IMG/VR virus record: IMGVR_UViG_3300023174_002543
Coordinates: 248,001 to 312,000 of that record
Reading direction: 5' to 3' (one strand)
Length of the DNA stretch: 64,000 nt
In this document: positions 8,114 through 17,603 of the stretch, one piece after another
Numbering within the stretch: position 1 is the first letter of the stretch
Layout: every line of letters starts with the position of its first letter
Program-made: the position numbers and the translations under genes
The notes under the pieces: generated by a model
What the model saw: the letters and a program-made list of their open reading frames with translations, nothing else
Told to the model about the DNA's origin: nothing
Databases searched by the model: none

Positions 8114-9580
8114 TTATTTTAAACCTGCGAGTGATTTAATTCTGTTTAGTGATTTAGATTCATCTGCTTGCACTGATGATACATCTTCATCAGGTAATTT
8201 GTCATTTTTATTATCGGTTGATACTGAAGGGTTACTAGATGCTAATTGAGTTTTAGCAATACCGTCTAATGTATCACCACGTTTTATTGTATAATCTTGT
8301 CCACCTACTTTAATAGTATCTCCGGCTCTAATTTTGTTAACATCTTTAATTTTATCAGCATTTGCTTGCTGAATTGACTGTGCTCCTGCAGAGCCTTTAT
8401 AACCTGAATCAGGTGATGCAACATTACGTGAATTTGGTGTAGTATTATTCGGTTCTGGTACATCTACACCTTTTTCATCAGTGTTGGGTGTGGTAGGGGG
8501 TGCAACAGCAGGCGCCGGCGGTTGTGATTTAACAGATGGCTGAACAGGTGATTGACCACCTCGTCCGGTCATACCTTTGTTTGCTGCAGCAGCATTGGCT
8601 GCACTCGTAACAGGATTTAGATTAGTAGACTTTGCAGGAGAGTTATATGCATCTCTAGCCGCATTGACTCCCATTGCACCAAAAGATATTGCAGGACCAA
8701 AACCCGGCACAAACCCGCCGGCTGCGCCTAATGCAGATATAACTGCACCTGTTCTATCACCTTTTTGATATCTTCTATATGCTTCTTCAGCATCTAATGC
8801 TATACCTGCACCGGGAATAACTCTTCCCAATACTTTTTTACCTATTGACTTTGCTCCGGCTTTTGCTCCAGCCTCTGCACCCGCTTCGACCCCTGTTGCT
8901 ACGTTAGGTCTATTAGCAGGAACCTCTTTACCCATAACTGGATCTATTCTAGTACTGGTATCTAATGCCGGTGTTTTTTGACCAAGTGTTGATGATATCT
9001 TTCCTTTAGCCGCATCGACCCCGGCATCAATGGTGGCTCTAACTTTTTTACCTGCATTGTAACCTGTATCATATGCGGCAGTATTAGCTGGTGGTGTAGA
9101 AGCCGGTTTAACAGGGACTTCTCTGCCCATAGAAGGTTCACCGGGTCTAGCTGTCCCTACATTATCATTAGGAACCGGTCTTCCGCCTACAGATGCTCCA
9201 GGTTTATCTATTCCAACTCTATTTGGTATATTTCCAGATGATGTGTTAGAGACAGGTGGTGTTGATGATACTTGTCCAGTTCTGTTATTTTTCCATACTG
9301 CTGGGTCGGAACTAGAGACGGGTGGTGTTGAAGAAGTTACACCAGTTCTTGGGTTAGTCCAAACTGATGGCTTATTATTTACTGTACGTGCAGGATCATA
9401 TCCTAGGTCCTGCATAGTTTTTATTTGACTAGGTGTTAATGGTGTATTGGTTTTATTTAACGGTACGCCTGCTTTTTCTAAATCTAATTGTGCTTTATAT
9501 ACAGCCGCTTGTCTAGGATCAGCTAAGTTTACAGTAGGCTTAGTTGCTTCGTTAATTTTATTAAATTCACTGAATCTCAT
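8114..9580 (-). CDS. putative virion/ejection protein with Gly-rich hydrophobic segment and permuted LysM-like motif
   Basis: MRFSEFNKINEA leader; Pro/Thr-rich repeats; KKVLGRVIPGAGIAL...GAVISALGAAGGFVPGFG; NKIRAGDTIKV...YTIKRGDTLDGIAK; C-terminal SLNRIKSLAGLK. Confidence 0.6.
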   Translation of the reverse strand: MRFSEFNKINEATKPTVNLADPRQAAVYKAQLDLEKAGVPLNKTNTPLTPSQIKTMQDLGYDPARTVNNKPSVWTNPRTGVTSSTPPVSSSDPAVWKNNRTGQVSSTPPVSNTSSGNIPNRVGIDKPGASVGGRPVPNDNVGTARPGEPSMGREVPVKPASTPPANTAAYDTGYNAGKKVRATIDAGVDAAKGKISSTLGQKTPALDTSTRIDPVMGKEVPANRPNVATGVEAGAEAGAKAGAKSIGKKVLGRVIPGAGIALDAEEAYRRYQKGDRTGAVISALGAAGGFVPGFGPAISFGAMGVNAARDAYNSPAKSTNLNPVTSAANAAAANKGMTGRGGQSPVQPSVKSQPPAPAVAPPTTPNTDEKGVDVPEPNNTTPNSRNVASPDSGYKGSAGAQSIQQANADKIKDVNKIRAGDTIKVGGQDYTIKRGDTLDGIAKTQLASSNPSVSTDNKNDKLPDEDVSSVQADESKSLNRIKSLAGLK

Positions 9581-9597
9581 ATATATATATTTATCTA

Positions 9598-9675
9598 TTA
9601 AACCGGGCTGTATGGATTGCGAAATTTATCGTAACCGTCATCTTCAGGGTATACAGGATAATCGTTTGGATTCAT
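9598..9675 (-). CDS. 25-aa micropeptide MNPNDYPVYPEDDGYDKFRNPYSPV
   Basis: ATG overlaps the dps stop (TAATG) and the ORF fills the gap up to the late promoter at 9595-9588. Confidence 0.5.
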   Translation of the reverse strand: MNPNDYPVYPEDDGYDKFRNPYSPV

Positions 9676-10115
9676 TATTCACGCTCAGTTTTAAGAATAC
9701 TACGAATGAACCAAGCCTTCTTACCATATAAGTCTTGTAGTTCAGCCATATAGTTAGCAATACCTTGTTGACGGTCTTCTGTTGCTTGGTCAAACATTGT
9801 AGTAACTAACTCAAGCATTTTTTCAATGTCTTGTAATGTTTCTGCAAACATTAATTGAGCACGTGGAATTTTTGTTTGGTCTTCAATAATAGTTAGTTCA
9901 GCATATCGTTGTAAACTACCTGGAGTATAACTACCTACTATTCTGATATACTCTGCAATAGTATCAATTGTTTCATTTACATCTTGGTATAGTGTATCAT
10001 AGAATTGATGATATTGTGGGAAATTACTACCTTCAATGTTCCAATGAAAGTTTTGACTTTTAATAGCAAAACTCTGTGTGCTTGCTAATAATATTTTTAG
10101 GCTATCTGATAACAT
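9675..10115 (-). CDS. dps: Dps/ferritin-like DNA-protecting protein
   Basis: QNFHWNIEGSNFPQYHQFYDTLY...IDTIAEYIR and C-terminal KKAWFIRS: Dps ferroxidase motifs. Confidence 0.92.
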   Translation of the reverse strand: MLSDSLKILLASTQSFAIKSQNFHWNIEGSNFPQYHQFYDTLYQDVNETIDTIAEYIRIVGSYTPGSLQRYAELTIIEDQTKIPRAQLMFAETLQDIEKMLELVTTMFDQATEDRQQGIANYMAELQDLYGKKAWFIRSILKTERE

Positions 10116-10170
10116 TTTGGAAGAGTCCCTCTGTTCTTTAAATAAAAATCTACTAAATCTTGATCCATGA

Positions 10171-11814
10171 TTAGTGTTTCAATAACAATGTACTTAGTAC
10201 ACCTGTATCATTAGCACTTAAATCTGGCTCACCGGGTGCTACGATAACATTATATTTCATACTAGTGTTTTGGCTTTTCTTTACTGCCCACTCATCATAA
10301 CTTAATATTGAGTTAGCACTAATGCCATATTCTTTTGCTAGTCGTTGTTTTAGTTCAGGTAGTTGGTCCGGTTTTACTTGCCACTGTCCTTCAGTACCTT
10401 TGACTAAATTACCCTTAGCATCTTTAACTAATAAGTCTTGGAATAGTCCAGTTGGTACAATACGACTATTCTTAGTTTTATCTAAGTTAGGATCAGCAGC
10501 TTTAACTTGTTTCTCTTGTGAAGTGTGTGCGCCCTCACTCCAATTAATAATGAAGTTGCTTGGTTTTTGTGCAAGTGCAGCATTAGCCATTTTAGTATAA
10601 GCATAGAATTTAACGTCAGGTAAACTTTGTGCTAACTTAAATGCCAAGTCTAAGTATTCTGGACTAAAGAAGTCGCCAGCATCATGCCAGCGAATACTAA
10701 CAGAGTATCCACCCTTCTTACCTAAACTTTCTTCTTTAGCAATTTCATTTGCTAGTTGTTCAAAGAAACCATCTGGGTTATTCAATAGATATGTAATAAT
10801 ACGACCATCACTTAACCATGCGGCTTCAAACTGAATCTTACCACCTTTCATAGCAAAGCAATCTATTTTACAACTACCAGCACCCGGACATGTGTTGACT
10901 ACAATTAAGTTGTTTGTGTTTTCATCTAGTGCAAGACCAACTAATGCAGCAAAGCCAATGTTAAAGAACTGTTCTAAGTCACCGTTGCTGTGCTTCATCT
11001 TTTCATTTTGCTTTAGTAACTTTTTAGGACGAACTGCTAATGCTTGTTTAACATCTTCTTCGCGGTATCTTTTACCAGTAGCATCATAATACTTGATTAC
11101 GCTACTACGATGAATGTAAGGCATACGATATTTGTCTTGCTTTGTTTTACCAGACACATATTTCTCTTTGCCTTTTTTATCTAATTTAACTTGACCTGTT
11201 TTCTTATCAATGTCAGGAGTACCCGCAATACGTGTCATGTAGTCTTGGAATTCTTGCCCAGCAATGTCACGCTGGTCAATAGGTAGTTTAGTTGCTTCAT
11301 CTATACCCATATCTTTGTGACGTTGGGCTATTGATTCTTTAGCGCCTAATTGACTAAGTGCTTCTGCAGCTTTTGCTAGAGCCTCAGGGTTAGCAGAAGG
11401 GAATTTATTCATAATAAACTGTACTATGCTATTACTCCAAAGATACATTTTTTCTTTGTTATTCAAATCATGTTCAATTGATGGAGTAGGTACATAATAT
11501 TGTTTATTAGATTTATATTCCTGCCATAATCTGTCATATTGAGTTGAATCTACAGGAGTAACGATATTATGCATCATGCGTTGAAATGCTTCTTGATTCT
11601 TATCAATTCCGGTCTTTTTACCTAATATTCTGAGAACATAATTTTTTAATTTGTTTATTCCATTACTAAAAGCACCTTCGTCTAATTCTTCATTATCATC
11701 AAAGTCATCTGCCTCAGGATGTTGAACAAACTGGTCAACACTCATAATTTTAATGCCGCTAGGCGCACCGGGTAATTTAGGCGTTGCGCCTTCCATTAAT
11801 TCTATGATATTCAT
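10171..11814 (-). CDS. GP88-family (radical-SAM-like) domain fused behind N-terminal modules
   Basis: KQNEKM...TCPGAGSCKIDCFAMKG...IRWHDAGDFFS...FYAYTK; leader MNIIELMEG; junctions LDEG, IDEA. Confidence 0.7.
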   Translation of the reverse strand: MNIIELMEGATPKLPGAPSGIKIMSVDQFVQHPEADDFDDNEELDEGAFSNGINKLKNYVLRILGKKTGIDKNQEAFQRMMHNIVTPVDSTQYDRLWQEYKSNKQYYVPTPSIEHDLNNKEKMYLWSNSIVQFIMNKFPSANPEALAKAAEALSQLGAKESIAQRHKDMGIDEATKLPIDQRDIAGQEFQDYMTRIAGTPDIDKKTGQVKLDKKGKEKYVSGKTKQDKYRMPYIHRSSVIKYYDATGKRYREEDVKQALAVRPKKLLKQNEKMKHSNGDLEQFFNIGFAALVGLALDENTNNLIVVNTCPGAGSCKIDCFAMKGGKIQFEAAWLSDGRIITYLLNNPDGFFEQLANEIAKEESLGKKGGYSVSIRWHDAGDFFSPEYLDLAFKLAQSLPDVKFYAYTKMANAALAQKPSNFIINWSEGAHTSQEKQVKAADPNLDKTKNSRIVPTGLFQDLLVKDAKGNLVKGTEGQWQVKPDQLPELKQRLAKEYGISANSILSYDEWAVKKSQNTSMKYNVIVAPGEPDLSANDTGVLSTLLLKH

Positions 11815-13625
11815 TTGTTATTTCCTGATAGTCTAAGTAAGTTATTTAATTCAACTGTAGATTCACCTAAATCTTTTGGTTTTTCTTGTTGTTTATTTTT
11901 GGCATCTTGTTCTTGTGCTTTACGCTTTAAGTTAGCAATCATTTTAGCCCATTGTTCAGGAGTATATAGTCCACCAATTAAGCCATCATCTTCATCATCT
12001 TTTACTTCTGCTACTTCTTTTTTGTCATTTGGTTCATCTGGTATTGGAACTGGTTTAACTGAGTGCCAACCCGGCCCGGGTGGTGCCATCACTACATCAA
12101 AGTTTTTACCACCACCTAATTCTAATATCTTTTTGATATTATTCATTGTTTTAGTTTCAGAAGAATTTTTAACAACAACAGTACCATCTGGTTTAATTTC
12201 ATGTACTAATTGCTGAACAATATTAGACATGCCGGGCATTTTTTTTGAACCACGATTCAATGCTTTCTTAGCGGCAGCTGCCTGTGGGCTAGAATTCTCA
12301 TGTATTTGTTTTTGCATTGACGATGCAGGTACTATAGTCCAATTACTATCATATGGGTGTGTTTTATGTAATTCGGTACTTGCTTGTACTTTAGGTATTG
12401 GCCCGGTTACATCATCACCCTTTCCGTGATATTTTCCGTGAAAATCTAAATTACCGCGCATCACTATATACCACTGGTCATTAGATACAAGTTCATTTAG
12501 TTCAACGGATTCGTTATGTTTTTTTTTACTGACAGAATCTTTAAATGATTGTGCAGTTGGTGCACCTTTGCTACCCGGCTTACGCATATGCTCACCTGAA
12601 CCATTTTTGATTCGTTTTTGTTTAGCATGTATGTTAGCCCATAGACCCTTGCTTTCTTCTTCTATTTCGTCACCGGGTGTAGGTGTCGTTGGTGCTGCGG
12701 TAGGTGTTGCGGCTGGGTTGCCTCCAGCAGTAGCCGGAGGATAATCGGCCGCTGTTTTACGGGCACTCGGCGCTACTCCATTTGTATATTGTGTTGGTTT
12801 CAACGTAGCATTAGGCATGTTGTTTGGGTTAACTACACTTTTAGCCATTCCCTGAATATTTGATGCCGCTTGATTAGCATCAAATTTTTCTAACTCATCT
12901 GGATTAGCAGAGTTAATAGTTTGTTGTGCTTGCAGATATTGCTGTTGTTGTTGCGGTGATAATCTTGCGTATTCAGGGTCTTTTGTTGGGTCTTGGCCTC
13001 TGAATCTTCTAACGTCATTAGAAACACCTCTCATTAATTGAGGTGTAAATTGTCTAATAGCATTACCGGCTTGTTGTGCTTGTTGTGCTGGGTTACCTGC
13101 TTCTTTTAGTTTTGAAATTTTTTGTTCAGCAATCATTACTAATTGTTTTAGTTCTTGTACACTCTCACAATGCCATCTACGTAAACTCTTATTGATATTA
13201 CTGTTTGGATCTCTTGCAGTCTTAGCACCTGTACGATGCTTTTTCATACCACGCATTCTAGCACAGAAACTAGCACGGCGTTTTGCAGATTTACTACCCT
13301 TTTTTAATTTACTAGGCTTAGTAGTTACAGCAGTTTGAATTTTACTACCTGGATGACTACGGCGATAACTCTTTACAGATTTTTGACTCATGCCGCCTGC
13401 ACGTGGATTGTTATGCTTGCTCCAGTTCTCACCTTCCGCCAATTCATCTTTTTTAGAAATAGCAATTGCTGCCTGTTGTTTGGCATTAGCGGCTTCATTT
13501 GCCGGTACACAATTGTTAACTCTAACTCCGCCCTTCATTTTAGTGCCTTGCTTTTTATAGCCTGTCCAGCACTTAGGATCAAGTCGTTTCTTTTCTTCTA
13601 CAATCGTAATTTGATTTATTTTCAT
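11811..13625 (-). CDS. modular basic putative head polyprotein (CWTGY module, SFCARM/RRWHC module, GLWANIHAK module)
   Basis: MKINQITIVEE leader; small basic modules of the kind common in T4-like environmental phages, separated by ANEA, LAEG, LKEA, IEEES, LNEL, IHEN, VAEV, LGES. Confidence 0.65.
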   Translation of the reverse strand: MKINQITIVEEKKRLDPKCWTGYKKQGTKMKGGVRVNNCVPANEAANAKQQAAIAISKKDELAEGENWSKHNNPRAGGMSQKSVKSYRRSHPGSKIQTAVTTKPSKLKKGSKSAKRRASFCARMRGMKKHRTGAKTARDPNSNINKSLRRWHCESVQELKQLVMIAEQKISKLKEAGNPAQQAQQAGNAIRQFTPQLMRGVSNDVRRFRGQDPTKDPEYARLSPQQQQQYLQAQQTINSANPDELEKFDANQAASNIQGMAKSVVNPNNMPNATLKPTQYTNGVAPSARKTAADYPPATAGGNPAATPTAAPTTPTPGDEIEEESKGLWANIHAKQKRIKNGSGEHMRKPGSKGAPTAQSFKDSVSKKKHNESVELNELVSNDQWYIVMRGNLDFHGKYHGKGDDVTGPIPKVQASTELHKTHPYDSNWTIVPASSMQKQIHENSSPQAAAAKKALNRGSKKMPGMSNIVQQLVHEIKPDGTVVVKNSSETKTMNNIKKILELGGGKNFDVVMAPPGPGWHSVKPVPIPDEPNDKKEVAEVKDDEDDGLIGGLYTPEQWAKMIANLKRKAQEQDAKNKQQEKPKDLGESTVELNNLLRLSGNNK

Positions 13626-14269
13626 ATCAGTCCACCATTTTCTACTAATTCTTTATGTGCATTTAATATACTAGCAACATCAGGCTTTTCCATAAAAGGT
13701 TTATTATTAATAACACTTACATGTGTGGGAGGATATCCTTCCCATAATTGATGTATATCTTCGGTTGTTATTGTGTTTTTATTGTGTATTCTATGTAATT
13801 CTTTTGCTACTGCGTGTGGACCATGATACCAGAAGTCATTATCTTCTTCTATCATATTCATTTCTTCCAGCATTGCTTGCTCAATTTGTTTTCTAAGAAG
13901 CACATCAGATATAGTTCTACGTTTACCTAAATCACGTAGTTTTGCTTTTTTAAACAATTCTTCTTGTCTTTGTTTAGCAAGTAGATTTTCTTCACTTATT
14001 TCATCTTCATAGATGCCGGCTTTACTACTGTTAGCATATTTTTTACTAGTTTTAATACCTGAGAATATACTATTACTACGCTTATTCATCTCACCCATTG
14101 GTTGTGCAATAGTTGCTACACATCCTGAAGTCATTTCTTCTACTTTGTCAATCTTCTTTTCTTTTTCTAAGACAGTAGGATGACGACCAAAACGAGGTGC
14201 GTCACCGGCATTCTGAGTAATCCCAGGATCTCCGGCGACTGAACCTTCTTGTAAATGACTGATTTTCAT
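13622..14269 (-). CDS. putative head-associated modular protein
   Basis: MKISHLQEG leader; VEEM, IYED, ISEE, IEED junction-like sites; late promoter GCTAAATA at 14297-14290. Confidence 0.55.
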   Translation of the reverse strand: MKISHLQEGSVAGDPGITQNAGDAPRFGRHPTVLEKEKKIDKVEEMTSGCVATIAQPMGEMNKRSNSIFSGIKTSKKYANSSKAGIYEDEISEENLLAKQRQEELFKKAKLRDLGKRRTISDVLLRKQIEQAMLEEMNMIEEDNDFWYHGPHAVAKELHRIHNKNTITTEDIHQLWEGYPPTHVSVINNKPFMEKPDVASILNAHKELVENGGLI

Positions 14270-14305
14270 AATATATTCCGAATATCTTATATTTAGCTTA
14301 TTTTG

Positions 14306-17300
14306 TTAGGCTATCTTTATTCCAAATACTGCCCAGTTATAACCATCACTCCAAACATCCCAATATTGGGTAGTAGCTTGTGCTAACACTTTGGTACTTG
14401 CAGAACTACCGCTTGGACCATAGAAGTTACCTGCTGGTGTACTTAATGTAATGTTTTGTGAAGTGTTTTGCCAGAATCTATAACCAATACCTGAGTTAGC
14501 AGCCTGTGTTGGGTCTGGTAGCGTAACAGTATATGTACCTGAACCAGCAAATTCAATAAATCCACTAGCATCTGAAGTTGTTAATGTAGTAGTTGTAGTA
14601 AGCACTCTAGCACTCTTGCGTATGCCACCAGTAACACTTAAATTACCTTGTATTATTGTATTTCCAGAAACAGATAAATTACCTGCAGTTTTTAAATGAC
14701 CGGCTGATGCATCAATAGTAACTTTAGATGTGTGCTTTAAATTTCCATCATATATCATTACATCCATATCACCTGCACTAGCATTATCTAGTGTTGGAGT
14801 AGATGATGTAATAAATCCACTTAATATACTTGTACCATTAGCATAGTTAATTTTAGAAGTATCAGATGGTAATGTTAAATTACCGTTTTCATCGAATGTC
14901 CAACGATGTGCTATACCGTCACTTGCTTTCTGATTTTCAATGTATACTTGAGGTTTGTTTATTAAATTATCTTTGAATGTTACATCTATCCAAGACCATG
15001 CATCATTAGGTCCAGTAGCAACATCTTCTACGTATACATCCCAAACACCTGCTGTTTGATACTCTACTGTTCTATAATTTTCAAATGTTGTAGTGAGTTG
15101 CAATGATGTATCAGAAGTTATGTTACCTGTAGGGACTGTTGTAGTTCCGTCAGTACCAAATGTCCATTGATTGTTATTTGTACTAGTTCCAACAACAACA
15201 TTGCCGCCGTTCTTTTCAATCTTAACATACTGGTCGTCATCGCCCAAGTACATGTCAGTAATTGAAGGATCGCCGGCTATTAAGTGAACATGATGGTCTT
15301 CACTACTACCACTTCTTGTTAGTGTAAGCGGTGATATCAATCCACCAATACTAAACCCTACAGCATTGCTAAGGGTGATAGTGAAAGTTGTCATAGTACT
15401 TGATACTGGTATAGTCCAAGTTATTAGTTTAGAAGGCTCACTAGTAAATGTCAATGTACCTGTTAACGCTCTACCTAATTGTTGTTGAGTACAATCAGTA
15501 AATGTATAATCTACTGTTCCGGTAACTGGGGTAAGGTTATAATCAGGAATTATAGTTATAGTTATAGTATCACCGTCCGCAAATCCACCAGGATGATCGG
15601 AACTAATTCCTTGAGCACCTGTTAGGCGAACTACTAAACTTTGTCCAGCCAATGCATTCGGTGGTGTGATGGCTGTTGAGTTGGCTGTTTCACTTAAGAT
15701 AGTACCTTGTGGTAATGCTAAGTTACCATCTTTATCAAATGTCCAAGTACTAGTGACTCCATATGAATTAACAGTTTGCAATCTAATATTGCCGGCAACC
15801 GTTACCACTTCAAAATCACTAGTGTCAGGCGGTGTGATATTAAATGTTTTTTGTCCACCGTTATCCGTCGTTTGAGAAATATTAGCACCATTAGCAATTG
15901 TCAATACAGCATCATCATGGAAAGTCCATTGATATCCGTCGACTTCAATAGCAGCATAAGTTTCTTCTACCCAAATATAATTATTATGGCTTTGCATCGA
16001 GGCATAATTTAATCCAACGATATTAACTACATTGGTATCACCGTCATTATTAATTACACCACCTCCCGGTACTGTTAAATTACCATCTTTATCAAATACC
16101 CAATTCTTATTAGTAACAGTAGAAGTTGGGAAGTTGATACTAACAATTCCAGTCTGACCTGCAGGCAATGTTCCATCTATTCTACCACTATATCTTTGTC
16201 CATGGTCATGACCTGGATCATTTTGTCCTTGTCCTGTAAATTGCTGACTTAATACACTAGTAAATGTTTGATTTCCTGATAGTGTTGAGTAAGTAACAAT
16301 AACAGTTGCTCCTAAACTCGCACCAATTAATACACTCCATATAGGAGCCTGTGCCGTAAATATATTAATTTCAATTTGTTGTTGATTACGTTGACGCCAG
16401 CCGTCTATAACTCCAAAACCATTGCCGATATCTACATCAGTATAAAACTGAGAACCATTTGACCCTATAGTATGGTCAGTGGTTACAAATTCACCTGATC
16501 TTAATACTACATTACCATAATTGTTGAATAGTGTAGTAACTGCACCAGGATCTGTTCTACCATTATCAGGTAAGGTCAATCCAGCCGTTGCACCATGCGC
16601 TGTGTCACTATTATTAATTTGTCCGCCGGCATAGTTATATATTGTATCATTACGAAATTCCCAATTACCTGTACTTGCACCGCCTGTAGGTGCAGCCGCA
16701 AATACGCCATTGCCATAAAGAATATTACTTGCATTACCGTCTTTATCAATAGATGATATATTACCTAATGTTGGCTTACTAGTTAAGTCTGCATAACTAC
16801 CACTATACAAACTAGGTTTATTAGATAGATTGTTATAGTCACCATTAAACAAACTTGGCTTATTTGTTAAGTCTACATAGCTACCACTGAATAGACTTGG
16901 CTTATTTGTTAAGTCTGCATAACTACCACTAAACAATGCTGGCTTACCTGATATATTAGCCCATGTTGCTTTGTTATCAACATAAGTAGTAGTAGCATAA
17001 CTAGATAATGCACTAGTATCAACTTTTCCAGCTAATGCACTAGTGATTGTACTGGCATAACTACTATTATTTGCTAATGAATTTGCTAATTCTTTTAATG
17101 TATCCAATGCGGCGGGTGCCCCATCAACTAAATTATTAATTGCTGTAGTAACATATGATTGTGTAGCATAACTAGCAAGACTAGGTAGATTTAACAAATC
17201 ATTGTAACTACCGGACGTTGCAATTGTGGCAAAACTAGGTTTACCGGTAACATTAACATATGCAACTGAATTTGCAACATCTGCAATATTTGCACGGTAT

Positions 17301-17590
17301 GAACTCCCTACTGAACCACTATAGGTACTTAAGTAATTTTGTACAATAGTGTTAATTAATCTTGTCATAGATACGTTACTAACAACCGGATCTGTTGGGA
17401 TAGTAACTGTTGCAGTATTAGCAATGGGGGGAGTAACTAATGGTTTTTTAGAACCAGAACCAAATTGTGGATCTACTTTGGTATTAACAGTAGTAGATGA
17501 TGCTACTGATGACATATCAATGAACGTAGATTGCGTTGTTCTGATACTAGGATCTACTTTATTGTTTATTTTTTTATTTGTAGTTGCCAT
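14306..17590 (-). CDS. tail fibre protein
   Basis: Likely start MATT at 17590; LVDGAPAALDTLKELA motif; repeated SGSYxDLTNKP units; five WxFxxDGxLTxP-type repeats; beta-rich C-terminal tip. Confidence 0.8.
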   Translation of the reverse strand: MATTNKKINNKVDPSIRTTQSTFIDMSSVASSTTVNTKVDPQFGSGSKKPLVTPPIANTATVTIPTDPVVSNVSMTRLINTIVQNYLSTYSGSVGSSYRANIADVANSVAYVNVTGKPSFATIATSGSYNDLLNLPSLASYATQSYVTTAINNLVDGAPAALDTLKELANSLANNSSYASTITSALAGKVDTSALSSYATTTYVDNKATWANISGKPALFSGSYADLTNKPSLFSGSYVDLTNKPSLFNGDYNNLSNKPSLYSGSYADLTSKPTLGNISSIDKDGNASNILYGNGVFAAAPTGGASTGNWEFRNDTIYNYAGGQINNSDTAHGATAGLTLPDNGRTDPGAVTTLFNNYGNVVLRSGEFVTTDHTIGSNGSQFYTDVDIGNGFGVIDGWRQRNQQQIEINIFTAQAPIWSVLIGASLGATVIVTYSTLSGNQTFTSVLSQQFTGQGQNDPGHDHGQRYSGRIDGTLPAGQTGIVSINFPTSTVTNKNWVFDKDGNLTVPGGGVINNDGDTNVVNIVGLNYASMQSHNNYIWVEETYAAIEVDGYQWTFHDDAVLTIANGANISQTTDNGGQKTFNITPPDTSDFEVVTVAGNIRLQTVNSYGVTSTWTFDKDGNLALPQGTILSETANSTAITPPNALAGQSLVVRLTGAQGISSDHPGGFADGDTITITIIPDYNLTPVTGTVDYTFTDCTQQQLGRALTGTLTFTSEPSKLITWTIPVSSTMTTFTITLSNAVGFSIGGLISPLTLTRSGSSEDHHVHLIAGDPSITDMYLGDDDQYVKIEKNGGNVVVGTSTNNNQWTFGTDGTTTVPTGNITSDTSLQLTTTFENYRTVEYQTAGVWDVYVEDVATGPNDAWSWIDVTFKDNLINKPQVYIENQKASDGIAHRWTFDENGNLTLPSDTSKINYANGTSILSGFITSSTPTLDNASAGDMDVMIYDGNLKHTSKVTIDASAGHLKTAGNLSVSGNTIIQGNLSVTGGIRKSARVLTTTTTLTTSDASGFIEFAGSGTYTVTLPDPTQAANSGIGYRFWQNTSQNITLSTPAGNFYGPSGSSASTKVLAQATTQYWDVWSDGYNWAVFGIKIA
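16770..16950 (-). repeat. tandem 42-nt coding repeats (FSGSYADLTNKPSL)
   Basis: ALFSGSYADLTNKP / SLFSGSYVDLTNKP / SLFNGDYNNLSNKP / SLYSGSYADLTSKP. Confidence 0.8.
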
Positions 17591-17603
17591 TTTTTCGTCT
17601 TTC

